Positions 1 to 12,401 of a stretch of 64,000 bases of DNA are shown here, piece after piece (position 1 is the first letter of the stretch; the number at the start of each line of letters is the position of its first letter). Source of the DNA: Tubiluchus corallicola (taxonomy: Eukaryota; Animalia; Priapulida); assembly GCA_030141605.1 (NCBI GenBank), contig JAQGDQ010000047.1:827068-891067 (forward strand), in the 5' to 3' direction. A program made the position numbers and the translations under genes. The notes beneath the pieces are model-generated. The model searched no databases, had not been told where the DNA came from, and saw only the letters and a program-made list of their open reading frames with translations.

Positions 1-637
1 CCTGCAGGGTTTCTGCTAGGTGTTTTATTCGGTTAACGTCTACTTTGTTGCATCTGTATATTAGGTGTTCAGCTGTTTGAATTTCGGTGCCGCATTCACA
101 TGTACTATTATTCGTTAGTCCTAAACCGTATAAAAATTACTCGAAATTTCCCTGTCCAGCTGAAAGACTTATGGATGCGGATTCGATGTTCCGTTCTTTT
201 TTGTTGAGTGGTAAATTAAGAGGCTCGATGTTGTTTTTTCAAGTCTTAAAACATTTCCTTCTATTACCCTAAGTTTCGATTCTCCTTGACCATATAGATG
301 ATAGGTATGAACGCATGTGTTTTTTTGAGTAAAGCTGCATGAATTTTGGTACGTCGTTTAAAGCCACTGTTTTCGTATTTACTTTACAGGTGATTTTTAA
401 ATAATGCTTCAGTTGGGTTATATGAGACTTCAGGAAGTGTCTGCGTCCCCGCCCCAGACCACCACCATCTGCTCGTAAGACATTCGCTCTCATTAAATCA
501 CTATTGCAACGGTTCGGGGTTTTCATGAGGAATTTTACAGCAATACACCCTGCAATCATATCTAAGGGTGGTAATCTGCAAATTATTTCCAATTTATGTC
601 TTAAATGCTTGGATTTTGATCCGCTCGCAACCTTCAT
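1..637 (-). mobile_element. Decayed non-LTR retrotransposon ORF2 C-terminus (post-RT region + CCHC knuckle)
   Basis: Minus strand reads LEIICRLPPLD, then after stops GQGNFE*FLYGLGLTNNSTCECGTEIQTAEHLIYRC, the C-x-C-x8-H-x4-C knuckle of R1/I-group LINEs. Confidence 0.75.
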
Positions 638-640
638 TAA

Positions 641-822
<182 letters not shown>

Positions 823-2749
823 GGACAGTGAAACCTGCACTTTGACTGAAATGAGCCTTTGAGCGGGCAGCGAGGGTGTTCTAAACGACACACTGGCAGT
901 TGGGCAGAAAAAACTACATAAGCAAGTAACCCTGTAATGCACATTCTAGACTAACTTTATGGAAATGATTAACTTTACAAGAATAAACAAATAAGACCTA
1001 ATCCAAGTACATTAATTCTTCTCCTCAAACTTTGTCTAACGCTCGTTCTGGCTTGCTGCAGTTGAAAGCTAGCATGAATTATAAAGCGACTGGAAGTGAA
1101 TTATCATAGCCACTGAACCGACAAATTGAGAAGTGACATTTTTATTTAATTACGGTGTTCTGCTTTTGCTTAACACTACTGTCAATAGCTGCCTATCTAA
1201 TCCATCTAATGTATTTTGAAATCGCAGTTATGCAAACTTAAGAACAGTCAAAATTTCAGCACTTATTTTCGATGAACAGCAAAACGTCTAAATAACTGTC
1301 GCCAGTAGGAGAACTTAATCCAACTAAATTTAGTTATTTCCAGTACATAAAGAATGCAAATTTAGAAGCGATAATACCGTTGCAGCACAGTAGCCTTTGC
1401 TTCAAACCTAATCAAATGTGACTGGTTACTCGCTCGTTAGCTGATCTACATAGCTTCTCGTGACGCGTAACAGCTTCGTCTGCATTTAACTGCTGTTTTA
1501 GTCACTAATGTAATTAGCAAGCTAATTACCTGACGCCTAGAAGCACACTGATACTGCTGTTATTGTTCGTTGTTTGTACCCACAGACGTCGCTGCTGATG
1601 TTTGGCGCCACATTATTCTCGAGAAGTTTCAACTGAATTTATCTAGTAAGCCATTAAGTGGCTGGAAGAAGCCATTATGTTCTTAATGCAGTAACGCAAT
1701 CAACTACAGCCAGATGGTGAAGTGATTTCGAATCAGCGTGCTGTTGCAGTATTAGGACGTTATTGTTCGGTGCGATTCCGAATTCCCGGCAAATGCGGGT
1801 GGGCAGCTTGACATTGATGTCCCAAAAGAGAAAGGGGCAAAGGCTATACGCCCTTGCGGTGGTATAACGTGAAGCTATAGGTAGGGGTAATAGCCCTAGA
1901 GGTGGGAAAACTGATACATGCTCTGATGGATGTTCGCCAACATCGTTTTGATGGTAATGGTTCAATTCTAGTACTGAACAACGACCCTTTTGCTGTTTTA
2001 GTGGTCATAAAGTTTGCCAAAATGAAGTATTAGGCAAACGATGCGAGTACAGAGAAATTCGATGAAAGCACGGGCTTAATAAAAGCGGGACAGAATTAGG
2101 CCTTGTAGTGAAGCAACAACTGCCAAATATAGTAAGGTGCTTTGCTTTTTTGCCTACACTTTCGAAAAGCAATGTAAGGAATGAAATAAAATAAAGAATC
2201 CAAAGATGACAAGCTGAAACAAAAAGTTGTATTTGAGATCTACTGCATTAGAAAATGACTAAGATCATAATTAAGTTATGCTGCCGTATAAGTCATGCAA
2301 TACATGTCCACATGGACATTTGGACACATAAGTTAGTTTTAACAAAATGTGTACTCATGAGAATGATGTTCATAAAACATATTTATAGGAAAATTTAAAA
2401 TTTACGAAGATTATTAGTAGAAGTTTACAAACTAGAATTTTGGTTGAACAGTAGATAATATTATTGTCAGAATTAATCAACTGTGTTTTAAGCGAATAAC
2501 AACATTTTCGTAAATGTAACATCAAAATAATGAATATTTCGATCTTCACACATTTATCGAGCACTGTAATCAAATAGTAACTTAAACAGTTTCCTAATAC
2601 ATTATTGTATGTAACCTTCAGTTACTTACATGAATATGTAAAGTAATCGCGTCAGAGCGACGCTTCGTGTACACAAGTACAGTATGCTTTAAACAACCGA
2701 ACTTATTTCATCATTATATTAGTCGTGTTTTGTCACTTTGCTTTTTTCT

Positions 2750-3300
2750 GTTTCTGTTCTGAGTTGTCTGAACAATTACCTAAATTTGTTACAGAAACCT
2801 GTTGCTTTGACAAAATCTCAATAAATAACTTACTTCATGCTGATGATCTAATTGTGGCTGCCACAGTTAATGCCTTAAAAAACTTATTGATCATTGTATT
2901 AAATACGAGTGTGTGACAGAGTGTGAAGTATATTATGACATTATTTTTAATCGTGAGAAAACCAAATGCATTCATTTTATGCCATCTAACTTTTCTAATA
3001 TCACACCTTTGGAAGTATACATGTTTGGGTACAAAATTTCTGTCAGTAAACGAGGAAAATTTCAGGACAAATATTGTCTAGTGATTATTCGGATATTTTT
3101 GACGTTAGCAATTAGCTAAGGTTACCTTATACAAAAACAAATTATTTAATGAGAACGTTATTTAATTACTCAAATGCTGTAAAGCAAAGTCTGTTTCGTT
3201 CTTACTGTACAACTTTTTATGGAGTGCCTCTCGCATACTTATCAGGATACCTTTTGCAAACTAAAAGCAGCTTTCTATTTCAATTTTCAATTTTTTAATT
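2750..3300 (+). mobile_element. Decayed LINE reverse-transcriptase fragment (CR1/L2-like)
   Basis: INNLLHADDLI (YADD-like), IIFNREKTKCIHF and LFRSYCTTFYG across frameshifts. Confidence 0.75.
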
Positions 3301-6300
3301 GTCAATGTGATGCTTTTCCCTCGTCTGTATATCTCATTTTATTGCAGCCCAGCATTCTGGTCGCCAGGTAACAATGTTTAATTTTTCACATCAAACCTTG
3401 ATAACGCGCACATATCCTTGAACGAATCGAATTTATTAACTACTATTCGTTCTTGAAGTCGGGTACGTATAACAGTGATACATTTTCTAGAATAAGTGAC
3501 ACATTACTCGTTTTTCGTGTTTTTCTCGTACGTTTATAATTATTTTTTACGGTAGCGGCTATCAGCCAGCATTTGTGAGGCAAAAGCTAGGGAGGCGACT
3601 GCGATATGTGTATTAGTTTAATCATTTATTTCACCTCTAAGTTCATACGTGTAGATTATACATACTACAATTAGCAGTACAACTCATCAAATAGTAAACA
3701 AGTTACCGTTTGAAAGGAATATGCAAAAATGCCGTCAAGATACCAACAGGTTAGAATATTATAATTTCTTAACAATGTTTGCTATAAAAAGATTTAATAT
3801 CGTAATGCAAATACTAAACTAGCTGGTTGGATACTGACTCTTTAGTTGGCTGGATACTGACTGATTATTTTCCTTGTTGCTTAGCTAACTAATTTAACCA
3901 GGGCGGCAATAATTAATTGATTGACTGACTCGGATGACAGATTGATCGTTCTGTCAGTTTCAATTCTAAGTATTCATTGTACTAAGTGTATATTAAAGCA
4001 TAAAATCATAAATAAATAAATCGTTTTCATGGCAATCTTTGAAGTTTTATTTTTGCACCTGCAACATCAACAAAAACAACAATGTAATATCTTTATCTTT
4101 CTCATGTGCGCTTTCCAGGGCACTGTGCATACTCACTTTTTCTCCCAGCTTTTTTGCTAGTAAGCTGCTTCCACAAGAATTCCTCATGTCGAAAATAAAC
4201 CCACTTGGCAAGCCGAAGATTAGCGTACCAACTTAACTCTACATGAGCACCAGAACTTCTCTGAAAAACGACTAATGGCAACTTTATACAGCTGTTGTTC
4301 GAAGATATGTCTCTGTTTTTCTATGATGCCTTTTTGGTGCCCGTCACACTTGTGTAAATATGGATGAATTGAATATTTGATTGGGATTATTGGGACAAAT
4401 GTGCGAGACTGTGACCTTTAGATAGATTTAATTGCATTCTGTTTTAGAGCTCATGTAAGGCGATTAGGCTTAAGACTATACAAGAAACTGGAAGATTAAA
4501 CCGTCACGGAAGCGGTATAACTAACAGACAGATATCATTACCGCACTAGATTGGGAACAAATAGGAAGTACGAATTATGTCAGAAGCAATAAATAGATAT
4601 AGCTTAATAGAATGGGAGATATACTAAATGTAGATTAGTGATAACTTGGAGGTATAAAAAAGAACCACAGTTTGAATAAAGACTGGTTATAAGAATCAGC
4701 ATATCAGAAACATACTTTAATAAATCAGAGAAATAAATAAGTCTCACAATTACAAATCGCAACAGATATTCCTTACTTGACTATTATCATGTAAGTAACC
4801 TACGAAGTTATTTTTATTTTCAATGACAGAATTGCTAGCTTTGGTTTTGAGCAGTTTTTATTTAAGCTCCAATCCAGTGCATAAAATCGCACAGGGGTGC
4901 CAAAGCACGAAAGTAAGAGTGATTAAGTTTATGATGATAGCTAAGATTGCTACATCTGCAATTTGATGCAAAATAAAAAAGTGTACTCTGAAAAGAAACC
5001 AAATTCCTTCAACTTGTTTTTACTTTTCTAAACTTATTTATTTACAACTAGTTACAAATTATGTATGTGTTTGTCAGACAGTATTAATGCATTAAACCAC
5101 TCTCAGTGAAGTATTGTGAGTGATTCTGGTGCTTTTTTAATTATTTTGCTGTTTAATTAGTCTTGATATGTAATGATGAAATCTCAACGATAATATAATT
5201 CTTTACCAACTGCAGAACTAATGGTTGCAACTGAGGCAAAATGCCCTGCAAACACTACATGCAGACCAGAATAGTGGTAATCCTGCATGGGCTTCGCAGA
5301 AGCTCACAAATTATTCAGAGAGTGCAAATGGGCGTAAAGTGTTTTGGATGGCGCGAACTAATCGCTAACCTACTGGACTATCTTGTTACTATTGCAACAA
5401 GCATCCCAGCGCCGTCACTGTTTTCGTATACAAATAACTTGTTGCCCAAAATACATCGCCATGTAGTCAAAGATAACAATGAAGAGAAATCCACGAAAGA
5501 TCTATTTTATTTGGCTCGCGTCGTTAACACTGTAACCTCGAGCTTTCTTTGTTTTTCAAGGGTGTCGAAGTGCAAACAATTTATTAGGATTCATTGGTCC
5601 CCTGAATGCAACACAGTTTCTAGAAAGAGCAAAGCACATTTACTGTTATTAACAGTTTCTGCATCTTTCCATAAAGCTTTTTCAGTCTTAAGTTTATCTT
5701 TAATGCGGCGACGCCAGAGCTTACACAATTTAATTCACGTGCTCGCCAGAGAGCTGTGAAAGTTTGCAGAGCTTGAGTATGTTCCTTCTTGCATCGCCTG
5801 TTTCGTGGACACAAAACAAAATTCTTCTTCTGACGTCATTGTTTCGAAAACAGAGAAGCTCAAAGGATCAATCAGATGCGCAAAGCATCATTTTGAATTA
5901 TTGCAATTGGATTTATGTTGTCATCACATTGTAACATTGTTCCCGAGCTCTTTGCCAGCACGTCATAGTTACAGGGCCAACACACTGTAACTTATTTCGT
6001 TACATTCAGTTACAAATTGACTGTTCATCAGCAGATTAATTTTAATGAATTATCAGTAAATTACATTATTAAGCATATCACTGTCTTCGTTTGTTAATAG
6101 TAAAGCGTTAGAATATCGAGGCAGCATCAACAATGTCCGCCTCAACATTAATCCAACTTCAAAATAAGAACAACTAATATAACGAGATCTTGCACGTGTT
6201 CACTAAAGACTTGGATACTAGTACGTCTAATTTTTATTCGGCTTTGAAATGTAATGTCCATTTCAAATCACATCGAAATTTTCTTTCTTACAAGTAATTC

Positions 6301-6605
6301 TACTTTTGAAGTCTCAGCTGTTAACGTCTAGTTTGAATGTGGCTAAAATCCAACATGATCAAAAATCGGCATGATCACACGAAACCGGATCACAAATATG
6401 GCCTCGTTATCATTTAAAGAAGACTGACGGCGGACTTGGATGCATTGTAAACCGCCTTGTTATTTTCTGGCGCTTTGATAAATCGTGGTTAAGACAGGCT
6501 TTGAAATCAGAAAATCCTTTAGGCAGTTTTACAGATGCTTTCGACTAGGTGGATAATCAAAACGTATCAACGCTCAGAGCATCGTTTTAATTTGATATGA
6601 GGATT

Positions 6606-6913
6606 ATAGTTATCATTCCAACCTGTGCTTTGAGAAAAATTACATGAGGTGTTCGTTTTGGTTGCTATTTTCAATGCACGTTATATAATAAAATTATTAA
6701 AGCTCATCAGCATTTCTCAGGTGTGAACGTTTCGCTCCCCATTCTTTTACCATCTAAGGAAGTTACCAATTCACATAATCATCAATTAGCTATCGTTACA
6801 ACCACCAGACATCTACCAAGTCAATGGCTTGTAGTTACATGTTCGCCCAAATCTGCCACAAAACCACTGTCGTATTTCTTGTGATTAGAAAAACTTTAGT
6901 TATCCGTACTATG
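6606..6913. repeat. About 300-bp direct repeat, copy 1
   Basis: Aligns by eye to 7904-8197, sharing blocks such as cacaaaaccactgtcgtatttcttgtgattagaaaaactttagttatccgtacta. Confidence 0.9.
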
Positions 6914-7903
6914 TTTCATTTTTGATAAAAATAAATGAATTTATATAAAATATAAATAAATAATGCTAGAATTAAATGAATCATGTACAAATGTTCGAAA
7001 TATTAGTTTAGTTTTCAGACCTATTAGGGAAGCTTACCGTATATGAAATATTTAATGACGTCACTACGTAAAAGTCATTGTTTTGTAATATGAGTGCCAT
7101 GAGCATTCTTCTGCATAGTAATAATTAGCACTATGCACAAGACGAAATCTAATATATCTAATATAATCTGCATCCCACGAGACTCCTCTGTTTGTCCTGA
7201 TAATGCAGACAATTGCACGAACTCAATAACGCTGATAATAAATGCGTCTCTTCGAGTTTGCTCTTGCCAGTAAAAACTTTTTTGATTAATTTATCTATAA
7301 TACATCACGGGGTTGGCAAATGACTAGGCGAACAGTTTGTGGCTTCGATAAAGACGTGCAGAGCAAAACTGTTTTATTGATCCAGAGCTCCAGCTATGGG
7401 ATGCCTTCATTCCCATTTTGAATGTAACATTTTCGGTGCACGCACTTGCTTTTCCAGCGAGCTCTTTTACATAGGCTGAATTTAAATTGTCAATCTATCG
7501 AGCTTGAAAAATAACAAGGGTTTAATTATGGTTTACCGCATGGTTCGGACGGCCTTCGCTGTTCGGTGACACGCGCCTGTTTTAAGTTTAGAATTTGTCG
7601 GATGTACAGGCATGTTTTTGTAATTTCAAAATGCTGTACGATGTTGTTTTACAAGAGCTTACACAGCTCAGGCTGAGGCCTCCAGGATTACAGTCGAACT
7701 TTCACTTCTGTATACCGAGGTGGCGTCATCAACGGTTACTTCACCTTTACGAGGCCACGAATTTTTTGCGACAATCAAAAATTTTCTCTAAGTCGCCAAA
7801 AAATTCCGATTGCGTTTTCTGGCAAATCATTCGTGTGAAGTTCACATTTTTGCGAATCTCGAGCTTTTTTCTCGAGCGAAAATCGTGAGAATGTCGAACG
7901 AAC

Positions 7904-8197
7904 TATAGTTATCATTCCAACTTGTGCTTTGAAAAAATTACATGAGGTGTTTGTTTTAGTTGGTATTTTCAATGCAAGTTTTACAATAAAATCGCTAAAA
8001 GTCACCAGCATTTCTCAAGTGTGAACGTATCGCATTCCATTCTTTTTCCATCCAAAGAAGTTTCCAATTCACATAATCATCAATTAGTTATCGTTACTTC
8101 CACCAGACACTGTAGTTATATGTTCGCCCAAATCTACCACAAAACCACTGTCGTATTTCTTGTGATTAGAAAAACTTTAGTTATCCGTACTACTATG
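7904..8197. repeat. About 300-bp direct repeat, copy 2
   Basis: See 6606-6913; this copy lacks about 18 nt relative to copy 1. Confidence 0.9.
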
Positions 8198-8959
8198 CTT
8201 CACACAACATGTTTTTGTTTTTATTTTAGATTTAAGTCAATATATTAAGTACTATATAAAAGCAAATGTGTGATGCAGATGATAAAACTATATGCACAAA
8301 ATAAAAAACTGTACAAGAGGAGCATAGGTTAGTTTGAAATAATAAATAAAGAGGTTAGTAATGAGTTCCAATATCGGAAGTACAATGACATATCGAATAT
8401 TTGTATCAGCTGTGCTACATAAAATCACATTGCTGCTATTTAAAATTCTATTTCTTAGGCTAACATGTATGGAGTAGGACCTTAAAGTGATAAATACGAT
8501 TGTCATGCGTACCGTATTCATAATTAAAGAAACTTTTAGAGGGCAATATTGTACGATGCGCGAAGTTTTACTAGATTGTCGTCTTTGCACAACGGCTAGA
8601 GATTACTGCAATAAAAAGCAGAACAATAAGATCTAAACAAAAAAGATCTAAATAAAACATATTTGCTCTCACATAAAACAAACGTAACTGATTAGGCGAA
8701 ATGCCATTTATTTTCGACTCACCCTCTACATTGTGGTGGTCTCTCCAACGCCACGAAGCCATTGCATAGTGGCGTTGAATACCAGGTATAAAATTATCGC
8801 TACGGAATGGCCTCGTCGGTTCCGTGGGCTGACGGGTAGGTACGTTTTCAACCTCAGTACCTGCTCCGTAATGATAACCGGCATGGAGCATAATGGATTA
8901 GATATTTGGCGAGTAACTTGATTCTATGATTTCACGTTTACTACTGTTTTTTTACGTTT

Positions 8960-9112
8960 TCTTCACAAGTACCCCGTGAACTAGCGTATAAGCACCATCT
9001 GCTCAGCATTACACTGCTGACCAGTACGGGGCAACAGTGTTAAGCTGCACCCAGCGGATTCGAAACCGCAATCTTAGATCAGCATTGGCACAGCACCTAA
9101 CCGTCGCCATGG
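8960..9112 (-). mobile_element. tRNA-derived SINE-like head (decayed)
   Basis: Minus strand has A-box-like tggcgacggttagg and B-box-like ggtttcgaatcc at tRNA spacing; no complete cloverleaf. Confidence 0.45.
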
Positions 9113-10815
9113 CATGGAACCGCCGGAACCACTGTACAGTAGTCTGTTCTTTCATCGTTCCCGGTAGCTGTAGCCTGTGTGGGTTTCAAAAAACCGGAGT
9201 TCTCGGAAGTCCTCATTAACAGGTACGTTGAAGGTTAATACGTGCCCTTTTATTACTTCGTGAATTGCTTGCGAGGATGCAGTGCTTGTATGCTGTAAGT
9301 ATTAAAACAAGTGCATGGTACAAAGTGTGGTCTGTACTTGCTGTAGCAGCACCTGGACTGCTTTTAAATTGATTGAATCTTGGATCTTGGGAAAAGTTAC
9401 GGCGATGTGTAGACGTATCGTGAGGACCAGTTCCGCAGTCACTTAGTACCTCACGCTGTACTCACTTGGTTTGACGATGTCGGCAGTATGGACGTCATAG
9501 CCACAATTCGCGGGGTTCGTACATTTGAGTAGCTACGTGAAGGGACGCATAGAGCTTCCCGATCTACTATAATCTGCAAGAGGAGGAACAACGGTGCTAC
9601 GTTGGTTGGTGCAGTCACCTTTTATGGCAAGCTGAACCCAGAGGTTTTCCATATTGAAGACCGCTGCTGAATCCGGCGCGCGTTATTTGGGTTCTAGGAC
9701 GAAGCATCTCTGTGCTTCATTTGGATCAAGCGTAACTAAACGTGAATGGATCAAATATAGTTTTATGTGTAGTTTACAATTCTTAAAATTCTTAAAAGCG
9801 TCGCCCTTCAGACAACGGCGAACACTGCGAATGTTTTGCGACTGTGTAACCTAGATTACGTCTTTCGATTGCGCACCATTATTATAAAATCTGTACCTCT
9901 AATAGGGCAACTTATATCGAATTTTATTAGATAACAGTACGTGGCTTCAGAGAATGCATGGGTCAAATTTTGGTATATTCGATATTCCAAGTTCGTTATA
10001 ATGACTTTTATAACTATAGCATGATAATAAATCGTTCCTTATTGATTACAGATTCGTATAACGAAAAAGTCTTCTGGTGTCACCTGGGAGTGAGATCGTT
10101 AACTGTGTTTTTGATCATAAATATGTGTAGTATAGGTATTTGTAGAAGAATAATTTGCTTTTGCAGGCGAAGTTCCACAGATGAGTTTGGGATTTTCCGT
10201 ATGGTTCTTCACACTCACATATATAACCGCTTAACTCGGTAGTGTTTTCTATATTTAAAAGTAGAAAAATGACGCAAAATTTGAGAAGACAAAAACTAGA
10301 TCTTATTTTCTGTTATATTTACCGTAGCATATTTACAAATTTTATAAAAACTTTCGTGTAAAATTGGTTTAGGTTAAACTTTATTTATTTATAGTGGATT
10401 CACAAAACAGACGCGTCTGATACAGGTATCTCCCCGGTGCAAGTGCCGAGTGATTCGATTAGATATAACAATTGACTCGATTACAATCAGCAGATGGTTA
10501 CTAAACTTAAATACATGAACAGTAGATTCATAATATTTTAATTACGGTAGTAATAATAAGAATACATTTACAAGTTAAGTTAGCTGGTCATCTAACAGTA
10601 AATTGTATTGTATTGTAAAGCGACAATGGACAAGTATGATTGATGTCCAGTTTTGCATTTTTGGAATATGTTTCTGTTTTATAATGCCGTTCTTTTAAAA
10701 TTAATTTTGCCGAGGCTTTTATTTACGAGCAAAGACTAGCTGTACCGTCACTGTGTGTGCTAGCGACTGCAGTTAAGCAATAGTGAGTCTGCTCAGTAAG
10801 TTGGCCAGTAATCCT

Positions 10816-10962
10816 ATGAGAAATTGCCTTTGGGTAGCTTTATCTGCTATTTGTCTTGCGTTCAGTGTCACACCTAAGAAGATTATTCTTGATAACGAGA
10901 TAAGTATTTGCAGAGTGCCAAAAAGATGGGAAAAAAGAAAAATGGCCTTGATTGAACGTAAG
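10816..10962 (+). CDS. Candidate first coding exon (signal peptide) of the RTK
   Basis: ATG at 10816 gives MRNCLWVALSAICLAFSVTPKK..., a signal-peptide-like n/h/c pattern. AAG|GTAGAT donor at 10963 is phase 0, compatible with the 16618 exon. Not confirmed. Confidence 0.35.
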
Positions 10963-12246
10963 GTAGATAGTTATGGCATTATCAGTTTAGACTGTCGTTA
11001 TCGTTCGGAAAGGCGGTAGTCACCTTGAACGCATTGTAGTCACCTTGAAGCAGAAATCGCTGGTTAACATCCCTCGTTCAGACTGCGTTCGAACTTTTTT
11101 ACGTTTCCTATTTTTCAAGCTTGGTTTCAAAATTCAATGAATTGTGGGTTCCTTATATCGTTATTAATAATCTAGATATTAAGATTATAAATTTTTAATT
11201 TATCAACGTAAATGTTGTACGTTGCGTTTCGTGCATGTGTCTTCGATGTGTTGTCTTCTTTCAAGAAATTAAGGGATTTGTATTTGTGTGGGGTTTTACA
11301 GGCGTTTTAAGTTAAAATATTTTATCTGTCTTTGCGTCTGAAAGTCTTTCGCGAAATAGGTGCAATTAAATGGCCTTTGTACGTTTCGCGTTGTCTGCGA
11401 AGCATTTGCTGGAACACATTTCCTTTCTTCGATCAAATCTCAAACTTGCTTTTAGGCTGAGTGCTTTCAATGTAGTATAGCTATTCATTTGGACGTCTCA
11501 TCTATGAGTTTCTTTAAATAGTTTATTAGAAAAGAAGCAAAGCGGCAACCACGCCGTGTTGGCTTCTTCCATGTAGCCGCTTAGGTGCTACTGGGTGCAT
11601 TTTATGTGTTTGTTTATTGGATTTTAAGTCAACAGCCATTATTTGAGCTAGTTACTATGGAAGGCATGAGCGTAAATCTGCGTTGGTTTATTTACACAAC
11701 TTTGCTGCAGACTGCTGTCATCTTCAACTGATTTATTGGCCACATAAGATCAAGAGTGTTTATTTTCAACTTCACACATTGATGCTTTACCGAGCATTTT
11801 CCACTTTCCACCTGTTAGACAACTTTATAAACGAAACATTAGACTTGCCTGAAGAGACGATCAGAATTGTCAGTGTGTATTATGCAGCCGAATTTATGCT
11901 CTCTCTTTTGCTATTGTAAGCAAGTAAAGCCTTTTGATGTTTTGAGGCCACCGGTAAGATTGCAAATAATCAGACATACGGAGGAAATACACTTAAAACG
12001 CATGAAGTGCTAGGATAAAATAGTTGTAATATAACAAGCTTTGAAGTCTAACGTGGAACTGTAATAATAGGCTTATAGTCGTAGCTATAATTAAACGAGT
12101 TCCATGATAGCGTCTTGGAAGCTATCTTACAATTTGCACGTTCTGTAAGAAATCTAGGTTGCCAGAACCATGCAAATACTAGTAATTTTATTTGTTCTTA
12201 TCTGCAGTAGTCTACAAATCTACCATAAACACTGTTCTGATTTCAG

Positions 12247-12401
12247 TTGTCCTACGCCGTTGTAAGTCTAATTTCTTCAAAAGTCTTTCCCAAAAATGAT
12301 ATTGATATTTGCCACCAAGTGCTATTATTACTGTGAATTCCGTCGTAGTCTCATGCGCTGTGGACACAGGGCTATAGCATGCTTCCAGCGCTACAGTCCA
12401 G
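12247..12401 (+). other. Exon-like segment (5'UTR or alternative exon of the RTK?)
   Basis: Strong acceptor ttctgatttcag and donor CAG|gtaaga. Open only from ATG 12296 (MILIFATKCYYYCEF...), ending in phase 1, which fits 20042 but not 16618. Confidence 0.3.

Noticed and set aside
1-8. SbfI site cctgcagg at the window start suggesting a cloning junction
   Set aside because: It lies within the continuing LINE reading frame and no vector sequence is seen.
11657-11731. MEGMSVNLRWFIYTTLLQTAVIFN as the RTK signal peptide
   Set aside because: It ends in TGA with no usable splice donor; at most a uORF.
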